Both the position numbers and the translations under genes were made by a program. Shown one piece after another: positions 9,301 to 18,577 of a stretch of DNA of 64,000 bases. Numbering within the stretch: position 1 is the stretch's first letter; each line of letters starts with the position of its first letter. The notes beneath the pieces are model-generated. The model made no database searches and was not told the DNA's origin. It was given only the letters and a program-made list of their open reading frames with translations. The DNA comes from Chitinophagaceae bacterium (lineage in GTDB: Bacteria; Bacteroidota; Bacteroidia; Chitinophagales; Chitinophagaceae), in NCBI GenBank assembly GCA_036374555.1, contig DASUTO010000281.1:3403-67402 (forward strand). Reading direction: 5' to 3'.

Positions 9301-10035
9301 ACCTGTCAAATCACCACCTGCATTTCCATTAGGAGGTAATGAAGTTGGAATAACACCCGCTGCAAGTTTTGCACCGGTAACAGAAGCATTTACAATTTTG
9401 GATGTTGTTATAGAATTATCAGCAAGCTTACTTGTTGTAATTGCTCCATTAGCTATGGATGGATTTGGATAAGTACCCGTTAGATCGCCCCCCGCGGTTC
9501 CATTTGGCGGTAATGAAGTTGGTATTACACCATTCGCAATCATAGACTGAGTAATTGCTCCATTAGCTATGGATGGATTTGGATAAGTACCGGTAAGTAC
9601 TCCACCTGCATTTCCGTTTAGTGTTCCTGTTGAAGCTTTACCAGCATATAAAGCATATGGCACTGACAATAACTGTGCAGCGCCCATATTAATGAAATTG
9701 GAACCACCATCCGGATCAATTTCCACCTGAATGAATTTTGCAGCGGTGCTCCAATCAACTCCATCAATAGTTCCTGTGGTATTGTCGGCACCCGGACTTC
9801 CGATGGCAATATTAAATAAACCAAAATTATTGGTGGTTATCGTTCTTATCTCTTTATAAAGAACTGTTCCTGCACCACTTCCTTCCCGAATACTCAGGCG
9901 GACCATAATTTTTTTATTTGGTAAAACATTACCAACAGAGTTACGGGCTACGCCCTGGTAATTGAATTGATTGGGCACCTGGCTGTAAACAAAAGAAGAG
10001 ATGGAGATAAATAATAGAAGTAAGATTTGTTTCAT
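6379..10035 (-). CDS. Secreted 1218-aa repeat fibre/adhesin-like protein
   Basis: Signal peptide MKQILLLLFISISSFVYSQ. N-terminal domain ending LLSVPYALYAG. 12 GGDL(T/A/S)G(T/S)YPNP modules, 3 NGQ(V/I)LKFNGT.W.P modules, a Gly-rich G.G(V/I).G segment, and a C-terminal ADIAEAFDV...GDVLVIS...KIKVLVSIK domain. Confidence 0.8.
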   Translation of the reverse strand: MKQILLLLFISISSFVYSQVPNQFNYQGVARNSVGNVLPNKKIMVRLSIREGSGAGTVLYKEIRTITTNNFGLFNIAIGSPGADNTTGTIDGVDWSTAAKFIQVEIDPDGGSNFINMGAAQLLSVPYALYAGKASTGTLNGNAGGVLTGTYPNPSIANGAITQSMIANGVIPTSLPPNGTAGGDLTGTYPNPSIANGAITTSKLADNSITTSKIVNASVTGAKLAAGVIPTSLPPNGNAGGDLTGTYPNPTINNGAITNGKLADNAVTTSKVVDGSITLAKLGPDVILGSGGAPIGPAGGDLTGTYPNPAINNGVITTTKLADNSITTSKIVNASVTSAKLAAGVIPTSLPPSGTASGDLTGTYPNPTINNGAITTAKLADNSVTTSKIVDASVTGAKLAAGVIPTSLPPNGTAGGDLAGSYPNPLVNKIQNIAVSNTAPVNGQVLKFNGTQWVPATDDVGSGGGSNPTGPAGGDLSGTYPNPNLSAGSVTTPKIENGAVITPKLADGAVNSNKLADNSVTTAKVLDGSITLAKLGPDVILGSGGNPTGPAGGDLAGTYPNPTINNGVITATKLADNSVTTLKIADASVTSAKLAAGVIPTSLPPNGTAGGDLTGSYPNPSVNKILGVTVTTTGAANGQVLKFNGTSWVPGTDNTGSGGGPTGPAGGDLTGSYPNPTINTGAITTTKIADGSVTSAKLAAGVIPTSLPPNGAAGGDLTGSYPNPTINNGVITTAKLADNSVTTAKVVDASITTSKLAAGVIPTSLPPNGTAGGDLTGTYPNPLVSKIQNIAVSNTAPVNGQILKFNGTQWAPAAEAGGSFTLPYSSSANNAANLMSLTNTGTGGGLEGINSSTNANAFGVIGKITSVSAGTSSSAIRGINSSTSSNGTGIWGTHNGLGTGVYGNSQSGNGLHGFSVNGSGIFGTSTNYTAGYFDVSNATNASDALFAYTVGTGTGSTAISEGGNGLWGITYSALAAGVLGYNTGGGEAIVGRNISNSSSAVVGRNDGTYAGVQGIAGTDNGIGVLAQANVDGTLNSNALVASVEGAGNGNPAVFKANGSNVARIDKTGKGFFNGGTQNSGADIAEAFDVTGNVKEYETGDVLVISTDKDRSVERSSQPYSTLVAGVYATKPGVLLTEENIDTDLEDKVPMGVIGVIPTKVCLEGGSIKRGDMLVTSSIPGVAMKADPDKVKIGQVIGKALQDYNETSIGKIKVLVSIK
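7638..9618 (-). repeat. Intragenic tandem repeat region of the fibre gene (~58-aa modules; approximate bounds)
   Basis: Near-identical DNA blocks such as ggaggtaatgaagttggaataacacc.gc.gcaagttttgcac recur near 7913, 8222, 8810, 8985 and 9333. The protein repeats NGAIT..KLADNSVTTSKIVDASVT.AKLAAGVIPTSLPPNGTAGGDLTGTYPNP. Confidence 0.8.
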
Positions 10036-10076
10036 AAAGATGGCTTTTATATCGAACGAATTTTTTTATTTATAGG

Positions 10077-10610
10077 CTACTTGATCTTTACAATTTTATA
10101 GACTCCTTTTTTAGAAGTATATCCGGGGTAAGGTTCGAGATCAACATGAAGCATATATACTTCACTTGGTAATTGACTGACAGGAATTCTCTTAATTAAA
10201 CCAACCCCATAATATGAATCGGCAGCAGTTAATATTTTTCTGCCGGAGCCATCATAGAAACTTAATGTGATCCGGCCTTTCTGTTTAGTAAGAAAATTTA
10301 TTTCAACATAGCTTGAAGCCGGGTTTGGGAAAACCTTGATCTCATCATTGCCAAAAATATTATTGGTATTATTTGTTGCAGGGTATTGGATAAACGGTTG
10401 AATAAAACCATTCGTAATCACAAGAGAATTATTAGGGCTGTTCATTTCTCCTACAAGAGCTAATTCACCAATGCTCCATTCAAATTGATAATACCCGGAT
10501 TGAAAAGATCCACCACCTGCATTAATAACAGATGGCGCAATACTTTGTGCACTGCAATAAAATAGAGAAAAAAATAGAACAGTAAGTGTAATTGTTCTTT
10601 TCATGGACAT
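10077..10610 (-). CDS. Small secreted protein with a T9SS (Por) C-terminal sorting domain
   Basis: 177-aa ORF with an N-terminal signal peptide. C-terminal IKVFPNPASSYVEINF...YMLHVDL...YKIVKIK resembles a type A T9SS CTD. First gene of the minus-strand cluster 10610->6014. Confidence 0.7.
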   Translation of the reverse strand: MSMKRTITLTVLFFSLFYCSAQSIAPSVINAGGGSFQSGYYQFEWSIGELALVGEMNSPNNSLVITNGFIQPFIQYPATNNTNNIFGNDEIKVFPNPASSYVEINFLTKQKGRITLSFYDGSGRKILTAADSYYGVGLIKRIPVSQLPSEVYMLHVDLEPYPGYTSKKGVYKIVKIK

Positions 10611-10863
10611 GGATTTTACACACTAAAAAATTCGAATTATTCGAATCTAAAAATAGAAGTTCATCCATTATATTGAAAGCGATTGAACAAAGACGCCTAC
10701 TTAATCCATGTCAATAGTATTTTTACTAATTCTACAAAAGGTTAAATATTAGACAGAAATAAAAGAATTGCTCTTGCAAACGACAAAAATTACTACTCAA
10801 TTGTCGTAGAAAAAAAGTGGTTTACTGGTAGCCTTCCGTATTTTCCGTAAGAGAAAGATATCA

Positions 10864-12879
10864 TTAATATTCAACGATTTTCTTTATTGATTCATCAATG
10901 CGACTCGCTGCCATAAAATTTTTTTCTAATTCAATATTAAAAGGGACTGGTGTATCTAAAGATGCGCACCGCATCACGGGTGCATCCAGAATGGAAAAAC
11001 AATTTTCAGCGATCCATGCTGCGATCTCCCCGCCGATGCCACCGATCAACGTGTCTTCATGTAAGATCAGAACGCGGCCTGTTCGTTGTACAGCTTCACG
11101 AATAGATAAATAATCAAGTGGTGCTAATGTTCTCAGATCTAAGATGTCTATTGAAATTTCAGGATGTTCAGCAGCATAGTCTTCTGCCCAATGAACACCT
11201 GCTCCATAAGTAATGATAGAAATTTCATCACCTTCTCTCACATGTCTTGCTTTACCAATTTCAATTTCATAATAATCTTCAGGCACCGGTCCGCTAACTG
11301 AGCGATACAATGCTTTATGCTCGAAATACATTACGGGATTTGGATCATTGATCGCAGCGATCAGTAATCCTTTTGCATCAACTGGCGTGGAAGGATAAAC
11401 AACTTTTAGCCCAGGCACTTTTGTAAACCATGCTTCATTGCTTTGACTATGAAAAGGTCCCGCGCCAACACCACCACCTGTTGGCATGCGGATCACCACA
11501 TCGGCATTCTGTCCCCATCGATAATGGATCTTTGCAAGATTATTTACAATTTGATTAAAACCTACAGTAACAAAATCTGCAAACTGCATTTCCATCATGC
11601 TTTTAAAACCTTCGAGTGATAAACCAAGTGCAGTGCCAACAATTGCACTTTCACATAATGGCGTATTTCTTACTCTTTCTTTTCCAAATTCTTTTACAAA
11701 ACCTTCAGTGATCTTAAATGCACCTCCATACTCCGCAATGTCCTGCCCCATTAATACAAGGTTAGAATGATGTTGCATTGATTGTTTTAATCCTTCGCTG
11801 ATGGCATCGATCAGCCTTTTATCGTTAGAAGTGAAAGGTGAATCGTGAGAAGGTTTCGAATTATCAACAACACTGACTGCCAACTGTTGACTATTGACTG
11901 TCGGCTGATAAACATCTTCCAACTCTTCTTCAGTATCCGGCACTACAATACCTGTAGTAAAACCAATCGCCAATTCATCTTCTATCTTCTCCCTAAATTC
12001 ATTCCTGATCTGTTGAACACCTTCTTCACTAATTATACTTATAGACTTTATATACTCTTCATACTTTCTTACCGGGTCTTTCAGCTCCCATATTTTAAAT
12101 AATTCCGGGGGAACATATTTGGTACCGCTTGCTTCTTCATGTCCTCTCATTCGGAATGTCATACATTCAATTAAATAGGGCTTTTGATTTTTGATGCAAT
12201 ACTCTCTTACTCCTTTGATCGTGTCATACACATTTAAAATATTATTACCATCGATCATCACACCTTCCATCCCATATCCTTTTGCTTTATCTACGAGACT
12301 GATACATCGGTATTGTTCATTAACAGGAGTGCTTAAACCATATCCATTATTTTCAATAATAAAGATCACCGGCAGGTCCCAAACAGCAGCCACGTTCAAT
12401 GCCTCATGAAAATCTCCTTCACTTGTTCCGCCTTCACCCGTAAATGCCAGGGATACTTTATTTTCTTTTCTAAGTTTATGGGCTAATGCCACACCATCTG
12501 CAATTGCTAACTGCGGACCGAGATGTGAGATCATTCCACAGATATGATGTTCCCTATTTCCAAAATGGAAGCTTCTTTCTCTTCCTTTGCTGTATCCTTC
12601 TTTGGCGCCCTGCCATTGCATAAATAATTTATGCAGCGGCATATTTCGTGCAGTAAAAACGCCGAGGTTGCGATGCAGCGGCATGATCCATTCATCCTCC
12701 TGCAATGCCAATGTTGCTCCAACTGCAATTGCTTCCTGCCCGATCCCGCTGAACCATTTTGAAATTTTTCCCTGGCGCAATAATACCAGCATTTTTTCTT
12801 CGATCATTCGTGGCCAAAGTAATGAACGATAAAAACTTATAAGTTGTTCGTTGGATAGATCCCTGCGGTCGAAACTCAT
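10864..12879 (-). CDS. Fused E1 alpha/beta subunit of a TPP-dependent 2-oxoacid dehydrogenase
   Basis: 671-aa ORF. The N-terminal half is E1-alpha-like (GEGGTSEGDFHEALNVAAVW, IIENNGYGLSTP). The C-terminal half is E1-beta/transketolase-like (GQDIAEYGGAFKITEGF, VIRMPTGGGVGAGPFHSQS). Confidence 0.85.
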   Translation of the reverse strand: MSFDRRDLSNEQLISFYRSLLWPRMIEEKMLVLLRQGKISKWFSGIGQEAIAVGATLALQEDEWIMPLHRNLGVFTARNMPLHKLFMQWQGAKEGYSKGRERSFHFGNREHHICGMISHLGPQLAIADGVALAHKLRKENKVSLAFTGEGGTSEGDFHEALNVAAVWDLPVIFIIENNGYGLSTPVNEQYRCISLVDKAKGYGMEGVMIDGNNILNVYDTIKGVREYCIKNQKPYLIECMTFRMRGHEEASGTKYVPPELFKIWELKDPVRKYEEYIKSISIISEEGVQQIRNEFREKIEDELAIGFTTGIVVPDTEEELEDVYQPTVNSQQLAVSVVDNSKPSHDSPFTSNDKRLIDAISEGLKQSMQHHSNLVLMGQDIAEYGGAFKITEGFVKEFGKERVRNTPLCESAIVGTALGLSLEGFKSMMEMQFADFVTVGFNQIVNNLAKIHYRWGQNADVVIRMPTGGGVGAGPFHSQSNEAWFTKVPGLKVVYPSTPVDAKGLLIAAINDPNPVMYFEHKALYRSVSGPVPEDYYEIEIGKARHVREGDEISIITYGAGVHWAEDYAAEHPEISIDILDLRTLAPLDYLSIREAVQRTGRVLILHEDTLIGGIGGEIAAWIAENCFSILDAPVMRCASLDTPVPFNIELEKNFMAASRIDESIKKIVEY

Positions 12880-12996
12880 GTTGCAAACCTATAAAATAAA
12901 GAGGTAAGGAATCTTAAAATGTTAAAACACGGATAAAACAATAAAGGTCTTTATGCAATCAGAAAAATCTTTGCATCTTATAAAAAACTTTTTGCC

Positions 12997-14163
12997 ATGA
13001 ACCTGCTTTTTAAACCTGTCATTGCATTCTTTTCTTCTTACCTCGTTCTTGGTCATTCTCCAACTTCAAATACTGAGACAAGTGTTGAAATTTCTAAAAC
13101 AATAAAAAGCGGCCCAAAGATCCAGGCTGCCATTTTACTTGATGTAAGTAATAGCATGGATGGACTTATTGAACAGGCAAAGGCCCAATTATGGACAATG
13201 GTAAATGTAATGGGCAAAGCGAAATGCAATGGTGAAACGCCGCAAATTGAAATAGCACTTTATGAGTACGGAAGAGATAATAACGATCTGCGGAAAGGTT
13301 ATGTAAAGCAAATCACTCCTTTTACTTCAGATCTTGATGATCTTTCACAAAAATTATTTCAGCTTACTACAAATGGCGGCCAGGAATATTGTGGCTTTGT
13401 AATTCATACTTCATTAAATGAATTGAATTGGGACACAACATCATCTAATTACAAAGTGATCTTTATATCCGGCAATGAAGATTTTTTACAGGGAAACATT
13501 TCATACACGCTGGCTTGTACAGAAGCAAAAAAGAAAGGCGTTATTGTAAATACTATTTACTGTGGCGATCGGTTGCAGGGGATAAAAGAACATTGGAATT
13601 TGCTCGGGGAATGCGGCAATGGAAGTTTTACAAATATTAATTCAGACGCAAAACCCGAAGATATACCTACGCCTTACGACAGCGCCTTGATTACACTGAA
13701 TTCTAAATTGAATGGTACCTATATTTATTATGGTGCTGATGGAAAAGGTAAAAAACAATTACAAGGATCTATGGATGCTGCCAATTATTCGGTCAATTCG
13801 TATGCAGGTGTGAACAGGGCTGTAGCAAAAGCTTCTTCAGGAGCCTATAAGAATAGCGGGTGGGATCTTGTAGATGCAAAGGCGGATGACAAAAAGATCC
13901 TCGATAAAGTTGATCCTAAAACATTGCCTGATAGTTTACAAAAGAAAAATAAAGCAGAGCTCGAAGCGATCATAAATCAAAAAAGTAATGAGAGGGCGGC
14001 AATTCAAAAAGAGATACAGGATATAAGCAAGAAAAGAGAAACATATATTGCCAATGAGAAGATCAATAAGGCAAAAGCGGGAAATAATTCGCAAACCTTA
14101 GAGAGCGAGGTAGAGAAGATCATTCGTGAACAGGCAACGAGATTCAATATGAAGATCGAGTAA
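12997..14163 (+). CDS. Secreted vWA domain protein with a C-terminal coiled coil
   Basis: 388-aa ORF. LLDVSNSMDG (DxSxS MIDAS motif) follows a signal peptide. The tail is K/E-rich. Confidence 0.75.
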   Translation: MNLLFKPVIAFFSSYLVLGHSPTSNTETSVEISKTIKSGPKIQAAILLDVSNSMDGLIEQAKAQLWTMVNVMGKAKCNGETPQIEIALYEYGRDNNDLRKGYVKQITPFTSDLDDLSQKLFQLTTNGGQEYCGFVIHTSLNELNWDTTSSNYKVIFISGNEDFLQGNISYTLACTEAKKKGVIVNTIYCGDRLQGIKEHWNLLGECGNGSFTNINSDAKPEDIPTPYDSALITLNSKLNGTYIYYGADGKGKKQLQGSMDAANYSVNSYAGVNRAVAKASSGAYKNSGWDLVDAKADDKKILDKVDPKTLPDSLQKKNKAELEAIINQKSNERAAIQKEIQDISKKRETYIANEKINKAKAGNNSQTLESEVEKIIREQATRFNMKIE

Positions 14164-14171
14164 CAGGTTAC

Positions 14172-14525
14172 CTAAGCCGTCCGCCGATCCTTTTTCTCTT
14201 TTTTATCAATTGCAGAAGTAATAATTGATAAAATAATACTGAATAATAAAGCCCACCAGAAACTGTCAATGGTAAAACCATCGACAAATTTGCTCGCCAG
14301 TAAAACAACAAGGGCATTAATTACAAATAGAAAAAGCCCCAGCGTAAAGAAAGTAACAGGTAAAGTGAACAGGATCAAAAGTGGTTTGATAAACATATTC
14401 AAAAGTGCAAGCACGAAGGCAAATACAATAGCCGTCCAGAAATCGGTGACATGTACGCCGCCCAGCAAATGAGCCAGCCCAAAAGAAACGGCGGCCACAA
14501 CAAGAACCCGGATCAGGAAACCCAT
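14172..14525 (-). CDS. Small 4-TM membrane protein of the 'phage holin 4_2'-like family
   Basis: I use the MGFLIRVLVV start (14525) rather than 14555, which would overlap the upstream stop. ...FIKPLLILFTLPVTFFTLGLFLFVINALVVLLASKFV... matches my memory of this family. Confidence 0.6.
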   Translation of the reverse strand: MGFLIRVLVVAAVSFGLAHLLGGVHVTDFWTAIVFAFVLALLNMFIKPLLILFTLPVTFFTLGLFLFVINALVVLLASKFVDGFTIDSFWWALLFSIILSIITSAIDKKEKKDRRTA

Positions 14526-14547
14526 TTTATAAAGAATTAAAGTGAAA

Positions 14548-15843
14548 CTAAACAACTACCAGCTCATAAAACTCCTCAGGGTTTAAATATTTTTTTGCTA
14601 ACTCTTGTAACTCTTCCCGCGAAACTGTCCTGATAGTATTAATAGCGTTATAAAAATAATCTCCATTGAGCTCATTCAAAATGTAATTCTTCCACCGGGC
14701 AATAATATGAAAGGGTCCATCAAGATCGCCCAGGATACTACCCATCATATAGTTTCTGACCAACTGCATTTCATCTTCACCTACAGGCTCATCCTGGAGT
14801 CGTTTCATTTCTTTATAAATTTCTGTTATTGCCGCTTCACAAACATCTTTTCCTGCTTCCGTGCTTACCAACCATCCCGATTGCTGAATATGATCCTGGA
14901 GAAAACTATGAATTCCATAAGTATAACCTTTGTCTTCCCTGATATTTGACATTAATCGCGAACCGAAATAGCCACCGAAAATGTTATTCAGCACCATTAC
15001 TTTTAGAAAATCAGGATGATGACGATTGGGGAACTCTCTTCCGATACGAATAGAACCCTGCACTCCATTTTCATCATTAGTGATCCTGAATTTCTCACCC
15101 GGTTTTTTTGTTGATGAAATTTGATGAAGAGGTTTTTGAAAATTATTTCCGAACGGAAGTTTTCCAAGATGTTTATTCAATAACTCAAAAAGTCCTGCGG
15201 GGAGTTTACCCGCGGTAAAGACGACACAGTTACCATGTTTATAATATGTATTAAAGAATGAGATCAATTCTTCCCTGTTCAGTGCATCATACGCTGCATG
15301 GCTGCTGTATTTTCCATAGGGGTGTTTTTCGCCATATAAATAGGAGTCGATCAACCTGCCTGCAACAAATTCACTTTTTTTCAAACTGACGCTTAATCGT
15401 TGCTTTTGGTTTTGTTTGAAAATGGCAAGTTCTTCTTCCGGAAAAATGGAATCAGTGATCAATTCTTCCACCACCGGCAACAGCTCTCCAATATGTTTAT
15501 TAAGACAATGAAGCGTAAGTGTTGACGTTTCATTGTAACAGGCACGATTCAGAAATGAACCATAAAATTCAAAATGCTCATTGATCTGCAACGCTTTCTT
15601 CTTTGACGTTCCGTTTTTCAAAAGAAAATTGGTAGCAGCTGCCACAACATTCTTTTCTTCAAAACTATTGCCGGCAAAAAAAACTATTTCCACCAGCATC
15701 ACTTCTTCAGCCCCGGCATTGATAGCATAAACAGGCACCCCATTATCAAGGTGGAACTTTTCATAAGGTTTTAATTCGAGATGAAAATTAACCGCATCAA
15801 TGATCGGGGGCGCTTTTTTTCTATCAACAGTCAGTAATTCCAT
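14548..15843 (-). CDS. M16 (pitrilysin) family peptidase, non-catalytic partner type
   Basis: 431-aa ORF with M16-like domain architecture but no HxxEH motif. It sits 4 nt downstream of the catalytic M16 gene. Confidence 0.7.
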   Translation of the reverse strand: MELLTVDRKKAPPIIDAVNFHLELKPYEKFHLDNGVPVYAINAGAEEVMLVEIVFFAGNSFEEKNVVAAATNFLLKNGTSKKKALQINEHFEFYGSFLNRACYNETSTLTLHCLNKHIGELLPVVEELITDSIFPEEELAIFKQNQKQRLSVSLKKSEFVAGRLIDSYLYGEKHPYGKYSSHAAYDALNREELISFFNTYYKHGNCVVFTAGKLPAGLFELLNKHLGKLPFGNNFQKPLHQISSTKKPGEKFRITNDENGVQGSIRIGREFPNRHHPDFLKVMVLNNIFGGYFGSRLMSNIREDKGYTYGIHSFLQDHIQQSGWLVSTEAGKDVCEAAITEIYKEMKRLQDEPVGEDEMQLVRNYMMGSILGDLDGPFHIIARWKNYILNELNGDYFYNAINTIRTVSREELQELAKKYLNPEEFYELVVV

Positions 15844-15846
15844 TTA

Positions 15847-17085
15847 TCAATTCTTTGAATAATAATAAAGCGTATTGCTGTTCTCAGGCCTGAAAATGAT
15901 CCTGCTTTCGTTTAAAATATCTTCTGCTGTAACTACATTGTATTTTTCCAATTCATGGTTCATTTGTCCTGCATCACCCAACAACTCATAAAATGCAAGA
16001 CTATTTGCCCGGTTAGTAAGACTCATATCTTCAAATGCGATCAGGCTCTCTACTTTGTTTTTTACTTTTTGCAATTCGGTCGTTGTCACTTTTTCTGTTC
16101 TCATTTTTTCCAACTCGGCTTCTACTGCTTTTTCCGCCTCGTCCATTTTTACTCCTTTAACCAGTTTGCCTTCGATCACCAGGGTGCCTGCATCCAAACT
16201 TCCGCTATGATAACACTCAACAGCGCTGAACAGTTTTTTTTCTTTTACTAATGACTGAAATAATCTTGATGAACCACCGCCGCTTAAAATTTCTGTGATC
16301 AGGTCGGCGATATAATATCGTTTGTCATTACGCGGATAAATATGCCAGCATTTATAAAATGCATCGAGCGGTACTTCTGCCTTTATTTCTAATTTTCTTG
16401 CTTCCGTTTGCGGGGGCTCTTCCGGAAGTCTGCGAATGTATTTTTCTCCTGCAGGAATATCACCAAACCATTTTTCTGTAAGCTCCTTTACTTTCTCAAC
16501 AGTTACGTTTCCTGCTACTACCAGTATGGCGTTATTAGGGCGATAATGTTTGAAGAAAAAATTCTTTACATCTTCCAGCTTTGCATTTTCAATATGAGAA
16601 AGTTCTTTACCGATCGTCATCCAGCGATAGGGATGAACTTTATAAGCAAGCTCCCGCATCTTATGCCAAACATCACCATACGGTTTATTGAGGTAATGCT
16701 CTTTGAATTCTTCGCAAACAACCTTGCGTTGTACATCCAGACTTTTTTCACCAAATGCCAGTGAAAGCATACGGTCACTCTCTAACCAAAATGCTGTTTC
16801 TAAATTTTCGGCAGGTAATTGAATATAATAATTGGTAATGTCATTGGAAGTATAGGCATTGTTCTCACCGCCGGCCATTTGCAAGGGGGTATCATAGCTT
16901 GGAATATTGACACTGCCACCAAACATCAAATGCTCGAACAAATGAGCAAACCCGGTTCTTTCAGGATCTTCATCTCTTGCTCCCACATCGTACATTATAT
17001 TGATAACCGCCATCGGCGTGGAAGTATCCTGGTGAACGATCACCCTTAAGCCATTTGTCAATACAAATTTTTCAAATCGTATCAT
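15847..17085 (-). CDS. M16 (pitrilysin/insulinase) family zinc peptidase
   Basis: FAHLFEHLMFGG carries the inverted zincin motif HxxEH. I use the MIRFEKFVLTNGLRVIV start (17085). Confidence 0.85.
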   Translation of the reverse strand: MIRFEKFVLTNGLRVIVHQDTSTPMAVINIMYDVGARDEDPERTGFAHLFEHLMFGGSVNIPSYDTPLQMAGGENNAYTSNDITNYYIQLPAENLETAFWLESDRMLSLAFGEKSLDVQRKVVCEEFKEHYLNKPYGDVWHKMRELAYKVHPYRWMTIGKELSHIENAKLEDVKNFFFKHYRPNNAILVVAGNVTVEKVKELTEKWFGDIPAGEKYIRRLPEEPPQTEARKLEIKAEVPLDAFYKCWHIYPRNDKRYYIADLITEILSGGGSSRLFQSLVKEKKLFSAVECYHSGSLDAGTLVIEGKLVKGVKMDEAEKAVEAELEKMRTEKVTTTELQKVKNKVESLIAFEDMSLTNRANSLAFYELLGDAGQMNHELEKYNVVTAEDILNESRIIFRPENSNTLYYYSKN

Positions 17086-17143
17086 AGTAAACCTGATAAT
17101 AAAAAGTTTGTAAAAGTAGGCCAATTACTGCAGAAGGGGATAT

Positions 17144-18340
17144 CTAAAGTATGCTCTTTATCTTAAAATTAAATTCCATCAATTGACCATCACGGCTAAT
17201 GATCATTTTTATTTTTTGTCCTGCTGACTGCAGTACCGATTTGTATTGTTGTAGGTTTTGCCCTAATAAATTATTGATGCCGATCACCACATCACCTTCT
17301 TTAAGTCCGGCGGCTTCAGCCGGAGATTTTACAGCCACATCCCCCAATACGATCTCGCCATCTACGTAATATAATTCAACGCCGGAATACGCATAATCAA
17401 ATGGATCCTGGTAGTGTGTGTTAGGCATGAAATAAAATTCACGTTTTGCATAGTTCAGGATCAGGTTGAACCGTCGCAATATATCATTGCCGATGATCCC
17501 GCTCAGGTAAGGATAAGATGTTAGATTGAATGTATCATCAAACACAAACGTCGGTATATTCCTGAAGCGGTAAGGGCCCAGTCGTATTTCTTTGATCACC
17601 GTCAAATGCATATCTATTTTACCACCCACACCTTCTGCTTCTTTTGAATACAGCACTCTTTTTTTATTCAGGAAATTACTGTCTTCAATAAAATCTTCAT
17701 TCAACATAAGGCAAAGCCCCGCGCCGATATCAAATAAAAAACGGGAATTGCTGGTCACTGCATCTCTTATTCTTGCTGTTTGCACTGGTAGTGTTCGTAA
17801 AATGGGTTCATACAACCAGCCGCCACGGGGATATTTCATTCGCCCATTTGTAAAGATTGAAATTCTTAAACTATCATAATTGATATCGAAAATGTAACGA
17901 CTTAATAAAGAAAACCCGATGATGCCATCTATCTTTTCACCATATACCTGTGTAAGGATGTCATAATTGTTTATATGAAAATTCAGGCTGTCGACAGTAA
18001 GTCCGGGCAGGTGCAATTTTTGTTGATAGATAAAACTCACTTTTCTCGTCCCCGCGATACCAAGAATCGTCATCTCTGATGGTGTGGGAGTGATCTTAAA
18101 ATATTCAACCGTACTCGAATCAAGTGAAATGCCACCGCTGCCCGTATCTAAAATAAAGTTGAGTGTATCTGGATAGTTCCCAAACCTGGCATTGAACAAA
18201 ATAACACCCCCCGAAAGTTGTCTGAAACGAAACGATGTTAACAGTCTTGCCGGCGGTTCAATGAATTGTTCCTGGGCTGTTGCGCTTATAGATACAACTA
18301 ATAAAAAGCAAAACAATATTTGTGTTACCGGCTTTCGCAT
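17144..18340 (-). CDS. Secreted retropepsin-like aspartyl protease with a C-terminal PDZ domain
   Basis: 398-aa ORF with a signal peptide. LDTGSGGISL and FDIGAGLCL are D(T/I)G-type motifs. The PDZ-like end reads AAGLKEGDVVIGINN. Confidence 0.7.
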   Translation of the reverse strand: MRKPVTQILFCFLLVVSISATAQEQFIEPPARLLTSFRFRQLSGGVILFNARFGNYPDTLNFILDTGSGGISLDSSTVEYFKITPTPSEMTILGIAGTRKVSFIYQQKLHLPGLTVDSLNFHINNYDILTQVYGEKIDGIIGFSLLSRYIFDINYDSLRISIFTNGRMKYPRGGWLYEPILRTLPVQTARIRDAVTSNSRFLFDIGAGLCLMLNEDFIEDSNFLNKKRVLYSKEAEGVGGKIDMHLTVIKEIRLGPYRFRNIPTFVFDDTFNLTSYPYLSGIIGNDILRRFNLILNYAKREFYFMPNTHYQDPFDYAYSGVELYYVDGEIVLGDVAVKSPAEAAGLKEGDVVIGINNLLGQNLQQYKSVLQSAGQKIKMIISRDGQLMEFNFKIKSIL

Positions 18341-18577
18341 TACTATTAAACAATCGTTGCGTCCGCCGCAGGCGGATCATCTTTTAATATTCTATTGAGC
18401 AATGGCGTCGTCCCGTTCTTATTCGGGATCTTTTCAGATAATTGTCCAGCAAATAGACGAATACTTTCTCTTATTTGCTGCATCTGCACAACAAGTTATT
18501 ATAATAAAACTGTAAATAATTACGGGCAGCAACTAAAGTGAATGATTTACTCTTCTTTACCTTTGCGCTTCTACATT

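Noticed and set aside
14172-14555. Holin-family gene as a sign of a prophage or lysis cassette
   Set aside because: No endolysin, spanin, capsid, tail, integrase or other phage gene lies nearby. This small-membrane-protein family is widespread in chromosomal, non-phage contexts. The neighbours are M16 peptidases and a vWA protein.
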